Virus record (IMG/VR): IMGVR_UViG_3300034685_000168
Location: 32,001 to 96,000 of that record
Source: a virus
DNA length: 64,000 bases
Reading direction: 5' to 3' (one strand)
Positions 1 through 9,235 of the stretch are shown one piece after another. A program made the translations under genes and the position numbers. The notes under the pieces are model-generated. The model ran no database searches. It had not been told where the DNA came from and saw only the letters and a program-made list of their open reading frames with translations. Positions within the stretch are counted from its first letter, which is position 1; each line of letters starts with the position of its first letter.

Positions 1-966
1 CATGAAAGTAATATTTGTATGTGTGGTATCTGGAATATAGATTTCGATATTCCACGTATTATAGAGCGATTACAGTTTTTAGGTGTAGATGTTAATATGG
101 CATTTAACTCTCCTAAAACTCCTAAAAAATATAGATTTTTTCAATATTTAAAAGATCATGCTCAAGTCGCACATATTACAGATAAATGGCATGTTGCTGT
201 CACTGGTTCTAATGTATTTTTTTATGATAGTATGTGTCTCTATAGTAGAGAAAGAAAGATTAAAGGAAGAGAGAAAAATTATCAACTTGGTTACATAAGT
301 AGTATAGAAACAGATTTAACTAAATTAAGTTTTGGTAAAGAAAAAGGTCATTATGAAATGCAAAGTGATCCTAATAATTTCCCTGACTATATTGCTTATG
401 GTGGACTAGATCCTTCATTATTACGTATAATGGAATCTAAGAATAATGATACTGTTGCATTAATAAGTGGATTAAATGATAGTAGAGTTCAAGATTATGC
501 AAGAGCAACTGTATGTTTACGAGATGACTTATTCGCTTATTATAAAAAAATAAATAGGATAAATGGTTCTGTTGGTACTGCTGATGCTATGATGACTAAA
601 TGGGATAAGTATATACCAGCAGTTGGTGGTAATGTATTAGATCCATCTTTATGTTTTGGTACTGGATTAAAATGTCTTAGAGAAGCACCATCTATAGTAA
701 CCAATATAAGTAGAGCTGTATGTGATATAGATGTTAGTTCTATGTATCCTAACTTAAATATTACTTTTAATATTAGTAAGAAAACTAAATTATCTACTTG
801 TATTTATATAGTAGATGAAAATAAAAAGAATTATGATTTAGTCCAATTTTTTAGTCATATAGTAAGTCCCCATGAAAATGCAGTTAGAATATGTAATGAA
901 TATTTTAATTTACCTGATTATATACAAATGGAAAATATAGTAGATTCTATGTTAGAAAAAAAATAG
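1..966 (+). CDS. DNA polymerase family B, N-terminal part of a split enzyme (5'-partial; frame open from base 1)
   Basis: Motif A DIDVSSMYPN near the C-terminus and no motif B/C after it; this matches the split PolB of phiKZ-like phages. Confidence 0.85.
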   Translation, partial: HESNICMCGIWNIDFDIPRIIERLQFLGVDVNMAFNSPKTPKKYRFFQYLKDHAQVAHITDKWHVAVTGSNVFFYDSMCLYSRERKIKGREKNYQLGYISSIETDLTKLSFGKEKGHYEMQSDPNNFPDYIAYGGLDPSLLRIMESKNNDTVALISGLNDSRVQDYARATVCLRDDLFAYYKKINRINGSVGTADAMMTKWDKYIPAVGGNVLDPSLCFGTGLKCLREAPSIVTNISRAVCDIDVSSMYPNLNITFNISKKTKLSTCIYIVDENKKNYDLVQFFSHIVSPHENAVRICNEYFNLPDYIQMENIVDSMLEKK

Positions 967-978
967 ATTAATATTATT

Positions 979-1017
979 AACTTATATAAGAGGGAATAAA
1001 ACCCTCTTATATAAGTT
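979..1017. terminator. Bidirectional hairpin terminator
   Basis: AACTTATATAAGAGGG-7nt-CCCTCTTATATAAGTT between convergent genes. Confidence 0.8.
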
Positions 1018-1018
1018 T

Positions 1019-1408
1019 TTATAATGTATTATAGACTTCATTATTAATAGGTTTTTTAATAGGAATAGTTCCTATTATTTTACACTGGTAATTTTCTTTT
1101 ACTTCTTCTTCTTTTTTGAAGTTATATACCCATGTCCTTAGATATGGATATTTAGAATAAATTGATTCCAATAATTTTCTTGTTGTCATACTTTGCATAT
1201 TGTCAGAATGATTAGCAAGTAATATTACTGGTTTTGCATTTTCATATGGTAAGAAAGATCTTAAAATATAAAAATCTTTATTAAGATCAACTTTTTGTTT
1301 CGTTTTTTCTTTATTTACAAATTCAGCAAGTTCTAAACCATATTTGTAAATATAGACTTCTTTTCTTGTATTATCCATTGTAATACAATCTTTAACAATA
1401 ATCTTCAT
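1019..1408 (-). CDS. Hypothetical protein
   Basis: 129-aa ORF with an AAGGAG RBS upstream. Confidence 0.7.
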   Translation of the reverse strand: MKIIVKDCITMDNTRKEVYIYKYGLELAEFVNKEKTKQKVDLNKDFYILRSFLPYENAKPVILLANHSDNMQSMTTRKLLESIYSKYPYLRTWVYNFKKEEEVKENYQCKIIGTIPIKKPINNEVYNTL

Positions 1409-1580
1409 TTTAGTTAAACTCCTTTAGTTAAGTTTTTTACATAAAACTCCCATAGTTTAAATTACATTAAAAACTTGTTGATTTTCAATACGAAAAAGTC
1501 TCTAGAATTTTAAAAATCAACTAGGGTGTATGATGATACAACCCCTATCTAAATCTTATGAAATCTTTAATTAATAAATA

Positions 1581-1612
1581 ATAAGTGTAGGTCAATATTG
1601 ACCTACACTTAT
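1581..1612. terminator. Perfect 32-bp palindrome, probable terminator
   Basis: ATAAGTGTAGGTCAAT|ATTGACCTACACTTAT just downstream of 1621..2073(-). Confidence 0.7.
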
Positions 1613-1620
1613 CTAATATT

Positions 1621-2073
1621 TTAAAAATATTTAAATTCCAATTTCATTGGTTCATATTTTCTAAACTCTTGTCTATCATTTTGATTTTTATATATTATTT
1701 TCTTTAAAACAATTGAAGAAAAATTAATATTTAATAACATATTGTATGGTTCAGTTTCATTTATGTTATTATATATATTTTCAAAATTATTATTTAATTC
1801 TAAAACAACATTTTCATTTAATTTAAAAGTTTTATTTGTTTCATTTATTATAAGGTTACTATCATCTTTCATTATTTTACATTTAAACAAATGATCTTTT
1901 AAATCCAAATCTTTAATTGTTACAAGAAAATTATGTGTAGATTGTGTTGAATCTATATATGAAAATAAAATAGATTTATTGTTATTAAGTAAAAGAAGTA
2001 GTTGTTCTTTATAATCTTCTTTTACTTCGAAATAACCTGTGAGTTTTCCAGTATATTTACCTAAATAATTCAT
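1621..2073 (-). CDS. Hypothetical protein
   Basis: 150-aa ORF, GAGGT RBS, follows 2087..2467. Confidence 0.7.
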   Translation of the reverse strand: MNYLGKYTGKLTGYFEVKEDYKEQLLLLLNNNKSILFSYIDSTQSTHNFLVTIKDLDLKDHLFKCKIMKDDSNLIINETNKTFKLNENVVLELNNNFENIYNNINETEPYNMLLNINFSSIVLKKIIYKNQNDRQEFRKYEPMKLEFKYF

Positions 2074-2086
2074 TATGCACTACCTC

Positions 2087-2467
2087 TTAAATTGCTGGTT
2101 GTTTCATATTATACCCATAACCATTAGGTCTGTTATAACTAGGTATACCTGTTCCATATCCTGTATTCATAGGATAACCATGGTGCGGTGGTGGATACCC
2201 ATATCCAGGTACTGGAGAACCTTGTTGAGGATAACCATGATGGGGCTGTGGATATATTGGTGGTGGTGTATATGATTGTGTTGGTGGATATCCACCAGGA
2301 TTGTATTGTGGTGCTTGAGGATTAATACGATTAGCACCAATACATTCCCTCAATTTTTCCATCCGTTCTTCCATAAATTGAACTTGTTTTACATACGTAT
2401 TAAATGTATGTTTCATTTCTGTAAGAGTTTGTTCAATCAAACTCAATTCTTCTGATGCGGTTGTCAT
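2087..2467 (-). CDS. Coiled-coil plus P/G/Y/Q-rich low-complexity protein (early)
   Basis: N-terminal heptad helix; C-terminal YPQPHHGYP / YPPPHHGYP repeats; early promoter upstream. Confidence 0.75.
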   Translation of the reverse strand: MTTASEELSLIEQTLTEMKHTFNTYVKQVQFMEERMEKLRECIGANRINPQAPQYNPGGYPPTQSYTPPPIYPQPHHGYPQQGSPVPGYGYPPPHHGYPMNTGYGTGIPSYNRPNGYGYNMKQPAI

Positions 2468-2526
2468 AATTAAATTTCCTTTTTAATTTAGTTTAAAAAT
2501 ATATTTTTAGACTCTATATCATAACT

Positions 2527-2553
2527 GTAATATATAAATAAAAATGATGTGAA
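2527..2553 (-). promoter_or_regulatory. Putative early (virion RNAP) promoter
   Basis: Minus strand reads TTCA-N10-ATTTATATATTAC and contains the phiKZ early core TATATTAC. Confidence 0.7.
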
Positions 2554-2605
2554 ATATAAAAAGTTTATTATGTTATAATTAAACTGTAAAAAATAACATA
2601 AGGAT

Positions 2606-3190
2606 TTGAGTATTATGAGAAAACCAAAAAATATAATTAGAGTTATGGGAATAGATCCAGGATACACATGTTTAGGTTGGAGTATAATAGATTATAATCC
2701 AGATGATAATACTAAAACAGTAATTAAAACTGGAGATATAAAAAGCAATTATGTTGCTAAAAAGAGAAAAGATGAGATATTAAAATTTAATTCTAAAATG
2801 GTAAGTTCATCTGTATTAAAAGAATCTATAAATCCAGTATTAGAAACTTATAAACCTGATTATATAGCATCTGAAGATGCATTCTTTTATAGAGCAGCAT
2901 TTTCAGCATATTTATCAATTGCTTTATGTATTAATGTTATAGAAACAATATTATACGAACAATATCAAAAACCTCTTTATAAATATAAACCTAAATATAT
3001 TAAATTAATATTTACTGGTAATGGTAATGCTTCTAAAACATTAATGAAAGAAACTGTATTGAATAATGATTCTATTATATTTAAACAAAAATCATTAGTT
3101 ATACATGATAAGTTAAGTGAGCATATATATGATTCAATAGCTGTAGCAACTGTATTTTTAACACAAGAAATAATACCTAATTTAAAATAA
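2606..3190 (+). CDS. ruvC: Holliday junction resolvase RuvC
   Basis: GIDPGxxxxGWS, ASED and HIYDSIAVA catalytic motifs. Confidence 0.92.
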   Translation: MSIMRKPKNIIRVMGIDPGYTCLGWSIIDYNPDDNTKTVIKTGDIKSNYVAKKRKDEILKFNSKMVSSSVLKESINPVLETYKPDYIASEDAFFYRAAFSAYLSIALCINVIETILYEQYQKPLYKYKPKYIKLIFTGNGNASKTLMKETVLNNDSIIFKQKSLVIHDKLSEHIYDSIAVATVFLTQEIIPNLK

Positions 3191-3200
3191 AAAAAATAAT

Positions 3201-3232
3201 ACTACTAGAGAGGACAAAACCTCTCTAGTAGT
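3201..3232. terminator. Bidirectional hairpin terminator
   Basis: ACTACTAGAGAGG...CCTCTCTAGTAGT between convergent genes. Confidence 0.8.
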
Positions 3233-3255
3233 TAATTAGGTATAAATAATATTAT

Positions 3256-3666
3256 TTACTTTCTTGCTTTAGAAACTCTTTCTCTAATATCTTTATAAAC
3301 AGTTTCCATTTCTTTATTTCTTCTTTTAAAAAGTTTTACAGAAACATTACCATGTACTTTATCAGTTGTTCCTGTCTGAAGATTTCTTATTTCTTTTTCT
3401 TCTTCATATTTAAATGTAACACCGGAGCCTGAACCAGTGAAAACATTGATTTTACAGTTCTCACCTTTTTCCTCTCCAATTTTTCCAATATATTCCATAC
3501 CTGAAAGAATCATTTTATTATCAGCATCTTCTTTCTTCTTAAGAAGATCTTTAGAAAAACCTTCTTCTTTCATGTAATCTACATATGTAGACTTTTCAAC
3601 TTTGGCTTCGTGGTAATCACCCTTCTTTGTAAATTCAACGTTGTCGAACATTTTTACTTCTGTCAT
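3256..3666 (-). CDS. Small charged protein, possibly HU/IHF-like DNA-binding
   Basis: KEIRNLQTG resembles the HU arm RNPQTG; strong AAGGAG RBS. Confidence 0.4.
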   Translation of the reverse strand: MTEVKMFDNVEFTKKGDYHEAKVEKSTYVDYMKEEGFSKDLLKKKEDADNKMILSGMEYIGKIGEEKGENCKINVFTGSGSGVTFKYEEEKEIRNLQTGTTDKVHGNVSVKLFKRRNKEMETVYKDIRERVSKARK

Positions 3667-3821
3667 TTTAAACTCCTTAATTGATTATAAGATTAAATTA
3701 TTAATTAATAAATTAATCAACACATACTTTTTTTATATTAAGTAGTATTAATTAACTATAGTGTTATAACATATTAATGCACTGTAAAAAAGTACACTAA
3801 TATGTTATGGGTTGATGAGTT

Positions 3822-4436
3822 TTAAGTAGACAAATAGTCTACTATGTTTTTCAATATAATTAATTTATCTTTTTCTTCCTTTAAATCATTATACATTTTA
3901 ATATAATTTTTTATTAGAGGATACTCTGAATAAAAATCAGAAGTTTTATTTTTATCAACTTCATTATCCAAAGTGTCCAAAAGAGATTCTGGCATTAATA
4001 TATTTGATGTTTTCTCCGGTATTTCATTAATAATTATTTGAGTATTATCAAATTCTTTAGGGAATGCATATATTGTATTGTCATCGGGATCTTCTTCTAT
4101 TTCAAGTAATCCAACGAAAAAAGACATGATATTTACTCTCATACAATATGCGAGTTTAATAAGTTCTTCCCATGATGGTTTTACATAACCAACATTTTTA
4201 CAAAAGGAATAGAATTTTGGTTTTTCTAATTCCTCTGAAAAATTCTTTTCATAGGTTAAATCTTTTTCTTGTTTAATACTAACAATATTTTCTCTTATTG
4301 TATTATAAACACCTGTTCCATATTTTTGAGTAAAAGATCTGCGAATAATCCTTTCATAGAATTCTTTTATCTCATCAATGTCATATTCAATGTCGTCCCA
4401 GTTCAGTTGTTTTTTGTCAAGTGTACATAAATTCAT
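3822..4436 (-). CDS. Putative XRE-type HTH protein (early)
   Basis: KPSWEELIKLAYCMRVNIMSFF resembles the C-terminal helices of an XRE HTH. Confidence 0.45.
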   Translation of the reverse strand: MNLCTLDKKQLNWDDIEYDIDEIKEFYERIIRRSFTQKYGTGVYNTIRENIVSIKQEKDLTYEKNFSEELEKPKFYSFCKNVGYVKPSWEELIKLAYCMRVNIMSFFVGLLEIEEDPDDNTIYAFPKEFDNTQIIINEIPEKTSNILMPESLLDTLDNEVDKNKTSDFYSEYPLIKNYIKMYNDLKEEKDKLIILKNIVDYLST

Positions 4437-4490
4437 ATCTCGTCTCCCATGTGTAAATTAAATTAATATTATTAACTCTATATTATTAAT

Positions 4491-4517
4491 GAAATATATA
4501 AATGAAAATTAATTGAA
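4491..4517 (-). promoter_or_regulatory. Putative early promoter
   Basis: GAAATATATAAATGAAAATTAATTGAA on + strand; same 27-bp layout as the other copies. Confidence 0.7.
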
Positions 4518-4536
4518 AAAAAAATAAAATATATGT

Positions 4537-4553
4537 GGGGACCGAAGTCCCCT
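4537..4553 (-). terminator. Terminator hairpin, copy 1 (identical copy at 4981-4997)
   Basis: GGGGACCGAAGTCCCC (TTCG loop on the minus strand) followed by a T-rich run on the minus strand. Confidence 0.75.
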
Positions 4554-4564
4554 CATGATATTGT

Positions 4565-4795
4565 TTATTCTTTTAGTATCTCTTCTGGTCTTAAGAAAGA
4601 CCAGATACCTCCCGAATGGAGGTAATTTAAATAGTCAACAGTGCTCATTTCATACAACTTGTCGGGGATTACTTCCCCATTTTGTTCATATCCCCTTGGA
4701 GAAAACACAAGGTCCTTGTCCTCTCCTAAAGAAGATTTTATTATTTCTACCCAATCTTTTGGCATTTCATCTTTTTCTAAAATTATTGAATTCAT
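4565..4795 (-). CDS. Hypothetical early protein (cassette 1)
   Basis: 76-aa ORF, AGGAG RBS, own promoter and terminator. Confidence 0.75.
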   Translation of the reverse strand: MNSIILEKDEMPKDWVEIIKSSLGEDKDLVFSPRGYEQNGEVIPDKLYEMSTVDYLNYLHSGGIWSFLRPEEILKE

Positions 4796-4956
4796 TTTAA
4801 ACTCCTATAATTTAATTAAATTAATAATAGAATAAAACAACTTATTTTGCTTTATTCTATTATAGATATATATAACTGAAATTCACTGATTAACACTTTT
4901 TTATATTATCTGAATATTCTATAATGATAATGAATTAAATAGAAAGTATATTAATT
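4792..4956. repeat. ~165-bp direct repeat, copy 1 (RBS plus early promoter block)
   Basis: Near-identical to 5294-5458. Confidence 0.9.
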
Positions 4957-4980
4957 GAAAAAAAAAAATAAAATATATAT

Positions 4981-4997
4981 GGGGACCGAAGTCCCCT
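4981..4997 (-). terminator. Terminator hairpin, copy 2
   Basis: GGGGACCGAAGTCCCC with the same A-rich flank as 4509-4553. Confidence 0.75.
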
Positions 4998-5003
4998 TTT
5001 ATT

Positions 5004-5297
5004 TTATTCTTCCTCTTCAGTTTTTTCTTCAGTTTTATAAAATTCTGGACGACGAGCTTTTAACTCATCGATATTTGATTCGGTTCTTGTCTTAATCCTT
5101 TCATATGCGATAAAACATCTGGTCGCAATCGTTGCGATCGCGTCCTGCACATGAGGGTCCTCAAGAACTTCAAGTGCCTCTTCGGCACCAACTACCATGT
5201 TTTTGTACATCGTAGTTACGATGTCACCACCGATTACCATGTTGTTTATGAAAAGTTCGATTTTTTCTTCTGTGGTTTTGTTGTTTTCTGTAGTCAT
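5004..5297 (-). CDS. Hypothetical early protein (cassette 2), 97 aa
   Basis: Start revised to ATG 5297 (MTTENN) after AAGGAG; visibly more GC-rich than its neighbours. Confidence 0.75.
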   Translation of the reverse strand: MTTENNKTTEEKIELFINNMVIGGDIVTTMYKNMVVGAEEALEVLEDPHVQDAIATIATRCFIAYERIKTRTESNIDELKARRPEFYKTEEKTEEEE

Positions 5298-5458
5298 TTT
5301 AAAACTCCTTAATTTAATTAAATTAATATAAGAATAAAACAACTTATTTTGCTTTATTCTATTATAGATATATATAAATGAAATTCACTGATTAACACTT
5401 TTTTATATTATCTGAATATTCTATAATGATAATGAATTAAATAGAAAGTATATTAATT
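5294..5458. repeat. ~165-bp direct repeat, copy 2
   Basis: Near-identical to 4792-4956; abuts the sbcC start codon. Confidence 0.9.
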
Positions 5459-7981
5459 ATGTTTATTAAGAAACTAATATTAAAAAAATATATTCCTCAT
5501 ATGTCAGGTGGAATACAAGAATTATCAGTAGATATAAAAAGTCCTGTTACTATAATAATAGGACAAAATAATAGTGGTAAATCAACAACATTTAATCAAC
5601 TACATCCTTATGCTAAAAGTACTAATATATTCTCTAAAGGATTAAATTATTTAGAAATAGAACATAAGAATAATATATTTATTTTAGAATCTAATTTTAC
5701 TAGATCTAATAATAATCATTCTTTTTTATTAAATAATGAAGAATTAAATAAATCTAATATAAGTACAATACAAAATACTTTAGTGGAAGAACATCTAGGT
5801 TATACTGCTTTAATACATAGTCTTTCTCATGGTAAAATATTAATATCTAATCTAGGAAAAGCTGAACGTAAAAAATTATTTATGGAAGCTAATCCTGTTA
5901 ATATAGGGTTTATTTTACAATATCATAAAAAAATATCTAAAGATATAAGAACTTTTAATAATCAATTATCTCTATTAAAAACTAGAGAAATAGATTTAAA
6001 ACAAAAGTTAATGGATAAGAATATATTAGATAATATCAATAAACATACTGAAGAATTAAAGAATAAAGAAATAGAACTTTCTAAAGTAATATATTTATTA
6101 GAACAACAATTATCTGAACTTATAAATAATCCATTAGATGATTATGATTTAGAAGATGAAAAAGTAGCTAAAAATCTATCTTCTATTCTAAACAATTTTA
6201 AGCCTCAGATTGTCTTAAAAAACGAACAGCCTATCATCACTCACCTTAGTGGTCAGAAGCAGTATTACGACTATATAAAGTCATCTATACAAGACAATTT
6301 AAGCACCTTAAAAGAAGAGGTTGATAATTATGAAAAAAATGAAAATCTAAATATTAATAAAGAATTAGAAGATTATACTTTTAAGTTAAATAGTCTTAAT
6401 AAAGTTATTGAAAAAATTAACTATAATGATAAAATTCCATATATAGATTTAGATAATAGAATTAATATAGAAAATAGATTAGATGAATTAACTAATCTAT
6501 TACATATTATTAGAAATGTTGATAAAGTTATTAATCTAGAACAACTAAAAGATTTAGAAGATGAATATACTTTAATTAATAATAGATTATCTATTATATC
6601 AAGAGAAATTAATCATCTTAATGATTTACTTAATAATTATAAAACTGAATATACCAAAATAGGAGATAATCCTTATCCTGAAGATTGTAATAGAAAATGT
6701 AATATTAGAATTAATATAAAAGAAAAAGTAGATGAACTAACTAAATTAACAACTTCTTTAAAAAATAAATTAAAAGATTTAGAAAAAGATAAAATAGAAT
6801 TAGAAGAAAAAAAAGAACAATTTAAAGATAACTTAAGTAAATATGATAATACTTATAAAAATGCTTTTACTAAAATAAATTCTTTTATAGATAGATATTA
6901 TTTATTATCTGAATATATCCTTAATAAAGACTCATTGTTAAAAACTTTAAATAAAGATCCTTTTTCTATAAAGAATAAATTAATAGAAGTAATAGAAAAC
7001 TCTAAAGAAAGAGATAAATTATATGAAGTTAATAAAGAAAAAGAATCAATTGAATTTAAAATAAAAACATTAAGAGAAACTAATTTAAAAGAATTAGAAA
7101 ATATAACTAAAATATATTTAGATAAAAAAGAGCAACTAATTAAATATAATAAAAAATTAGATAATCTTAATGATAAGATTAAAATTAAAAATGATCAAAT
7201 TAATTTAGTTAATGAATCATTAGAACGAAAAGAATCTTTTAATAAACTTCAATTACAACTAAAAAGATATTATGAATATCTTATTTATGAAAAAACAATA
7301 GAATTTTATAAAACTACTATAAAGAAATTTAATGAATATAAATTAGAAATATTAGAAGAAATAACTGAAAAAAATAAAACTATTAAAACACAAAATGAAT
7401 ATATAACAAGATTAGATCAAGAAATACTTCCTAATATAAAAGACTTAGAAGATAAATTAGAGAAGTGGGAACTTATTAATAAAGTGATTAGTCCCGATGG
7501 TATTCCTAAAAGACACAATAGAGTATTTATTAATAAGATTATAGATATAGTTAATAACCATTTAGAATGCGTATGGACTAATACATTAAAAATAAAAAAA
7601 ATAAGAAAAAATCAAGATATAGATTTTAATTTTAAAGTAATAGTTAAAAATGATATTGTGTCTGATATTAGTTTATGTTCTAGTAGTCAAAAGGATATGA
7701 TTAATTTAGCTTTTCAATTAGCTATAATGGAAGTTACAGGTTGGAATAAAGAATATCCTTTTTTCATAGACGAGTGTGATGCATATATGAGTGAGTATCA
7801 TAAATCTAAAGTATTAGAATTAATAATCAAATTGATAAGAGAAAAAAGAATAATGCAATTATTTTTTATTAGTCATAGTGCTGCATTAATGGGAATACCG
7901 AATGCAGAAGTAGTTTGTTTAGATGATACAGAAATGGTTGTACCAGAAAGCTATAATAATTATACTACTATAATTAGATAA
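5459..7981 (+). CDS. sbcC: SbcC/Rad50-like SMC ATPase
   Basis: Walker A GQNNSGKST, long coiled coil with central CNRKC, signature CSSSQ, Walker B FFIDE, H-loop ISH. Confidence 0.88.
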   Translation: MFIKKLILKKYIPHMSGGIQELSVDIKSPVTIIIGQNNSGKSTTFNQLHPYAKSTNIFSKGLNYLEIEHKNNIFILESNFTRSNNNHSFLLNNEELNKSNISTIQNTLVEEHLGYTALIHSLSHGKILISNLGKAERKKLFMEANPVNIGFILQYHKKISKDIRTFNNQLSLLKTREIDLKQKLMDKNILDNINKHTEELKNKEIELSKVIYLLEQQLSELINNPLDDYDLEDEKVAKNLSSILNNFKPQIVLKNEQPIITHLSGQKQYYDYIKSSIQDNLSTLKEEVDNYEKNENLNINKELEDYTFKLNSLNKVIEKINYNDKIPYIDLDNRINIENRLDELTNLLHIIRNVDKVINLEQLKDLEDEYTLINNRLSIISREINHLNDLLNNYKTEYTKIGDNPYPEDCNRKCNIRINIKEKVDELTKLTTSLKNKLKDLEKDKIELEEKKEQFKDNLSKYDNTYKNAFTKINSFIDRYYLLSEYILNKDSLLKTLNKDPFSIKNKLIEVIENSKERDKLYEVNKEKESIEFKIKTLRETNLKELENITKIYLDKKEQLIKYNKKLDNLNDKIKIKNDQINLVNESLERKESFNKLQLQLKRYYEYLIYEKTIEFYKTTIKKFNEYKLEILEEITEKNKTIKTQNEYITRLDQEILPNIKDLEDKLEKWELINKVISPDGIPKRHNRVFINKIIDIVNNHLECVWTNTLKIKKIRKNQDIDFNFKVIVKNDIVSDISLCSSSQKDMINLAFQLAIMEVTGWNKEYPFFIDECDAYMSEYHKSKVLELIIKLIREKRIMQLFFISHSAALMGIPNAEVVCLDDTEMVVPESYNNYTTIIR

Positions 7982-7989
7982 AAAAATAT

Positions 7990-8023
7990 TATTATAAGAG
8001 GACTTTTATAGTCCTCTTATAAT
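7990..8023. terminator. Bidirectional hairpin terminator
   Basis: TATTATAAGAGGACT...AGTCCTCTTATAATA. Confidence 0.8.
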
Positions 8024-8028
8024 AGGTT

Positions 8029-8481
8029 TTAATAATTATTAATAAATTTTGTTACCATATTTTCATATCTTTGTATTACAGGATTGTAATTACTCAATTG
8101 TCTTTGCAAAACAATATCAGTAACACCATGATTATTATTTTTCAAACATTTATCCATACTTGTATGGACTTCTATAATCTTTACTTTATAATCCATAGAT
8201 AATGCCACTTGTATATAAGGAGCATATTCTTCTGGTTTCAAATTAGTATTATCAACAACTATTTTTTCTTCATCATTGATAAGTAAATGTAAATATTTTT
8301 TCATACAACTTATGTGTGCTTCGGTTAATTTATTAACATCAAATATATACTCATTATTATCATTAATAAAATAATGATCAGCAGAACAAATTTTATGATC
8401 ATTTAAATTATTTTTAATATAAGTACTTTTACCTGAACCAGATATACCTCTCATTAATATTACTTCTTTTTTATTGTCCAT
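8029..8481 (-). CDS. P-loop kinase (AAA_33 / polynucleotide-kinase-like)
   Basis: RGISGSGKST, SADHYF and VVDNTN motifs. Confidence 0.8.
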   Translation of the reverse strand: MDNKKEVILMRGISGSGKSTYIKNNLNDHKICSADHYFINDNNEYIFDVNKLTEAHISCMKKYLHLLINDEEKIVVDNTNLKPEEYAPYIQVALSMDYKVKIIEVHTSMDKCLKNNNHGVTDIVLQRQLSNYNPVIQRYENMVTKFINNY

Positions 8482-8535
8482 TTTGTTTTTCCTTTAGTTT
8501 TCTATTAAATGATTTATTTTCTTGGCTTTCTGATA

Positions 8536-8739
8536 TCATTTTAATTTATCCTTTTTGTTGAAAAATGGTCTTTCTCTCAATCTAATTGCTTTTTTAAATT
8601 CAATACCTTTCCTTGATATAGTTAATTTAATTTTGTCTTTACCTTCTTCTAAATTCATTTCTTCTCTTATTCGTTTCGGTATTGTTATTTGACCATTTTT
8701 AGATACTGGTATAATGTAAGTGTTACCTAAAAAAATCAT
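8536..8739 (-). CDS. AbrB/MazE/SpoVT-family DNA-binding protein
   Basis: VSKNGQITIPKRIREEMNLEEG-D matches the swapped-hairpin consensus. Confidence 0.85.
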   Translation of the reverse strand: MIFLGNTYIIPVSKNGQITIPKRIREEMNLEEGKDKIKLTISRKGIEFKKAIRLRERPFFNKKDKLK

Positions 8740-8790
8740 AATGAAACAATATCTCCTTTCTTTAATTAATTAAATTATTATATCATAAAA

Positions 8791-8817
8791 GAAATATATA
8801 AATGATTTTTATATGAA
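8791..8817 (-). promoter_or_regulatory. Putative early promoter
   Basis: GAAATATATAAATGATTTTTATATGAA; 8781-8810 is identical to 52084-52113. Confidence 0.7.
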
Positions 8818-8853
8818 AAAAAAATAAGAGGATTTAAGTTCCTCTTATTTATA

Positions 8854-9027
8854 TTAGTGAGGAAGAGATAAATCAACTTCCTCAACCAATGTTTTATTTA
8901 TTGGGATGTAAACTTCTTCACATCCCAATTCATCACAGAGTTTGATATTAATTTCAAGTCCAGGTTCGTATGATGAGATATAGATCGCTTCGCCATTTAT
9001 TTCTATTTTAATTTTTCTTGCATTCAT
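8854..9027 (-). CDS. Small hypothetical protein, 57 aa (not in ORF track)
   Basis: MNARKIKIEINGEAIYISSYEPG...VDLSLPH*, AAGGA RBS, hairpin 8822-8850 downstream. Confidence 0.65.
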   Translation of the reverse strand: MNARKIKIEINGEAIYISSYEPGLEINIKLCDELGCEEVYIPINKTLVEEVDLSLPH

Positions 9028-9090
9028 AATTTTTTCCTTTCTTTTTTGTTATGGAGAAATATTATATGTTTTATATAGGTAAGTATAATA

Positions 9091-9120
9091 AGTAACAAGG
9101 GAACTTAATCCCTTGTTACT
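9091..9120. terminator. Hairpin terminator
   Basis: AGTAACAAGGGA-CTTAA/T-TCCCTTGTTACT inverted repeat. Confidence 0.75.
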
Positions 9121-9127
9121 TATTTTC

Positions 9128-9172
9128 TTATTTTTCCTCGATCACATCGAGGATGTCTCCTATGTCCAACAT
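9128..9172 (-). CDS. Putative 14-aa micropeptide MLDIGDILDVIEEK
   Basis: AAGGAG RBS at 9181-9186, early-promoter core at 9221-9233, terminator directly downstream. Confidence 0.5.
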   Translation of the reverse strand: MLDIGDILDVIEEK

Positions 9173-9235
9173 CTTTTTTTCTCCTTTTATAATAATTAAT
9201 ATTTCTATCTTCTTATAAAAGGAATATATAACTAA

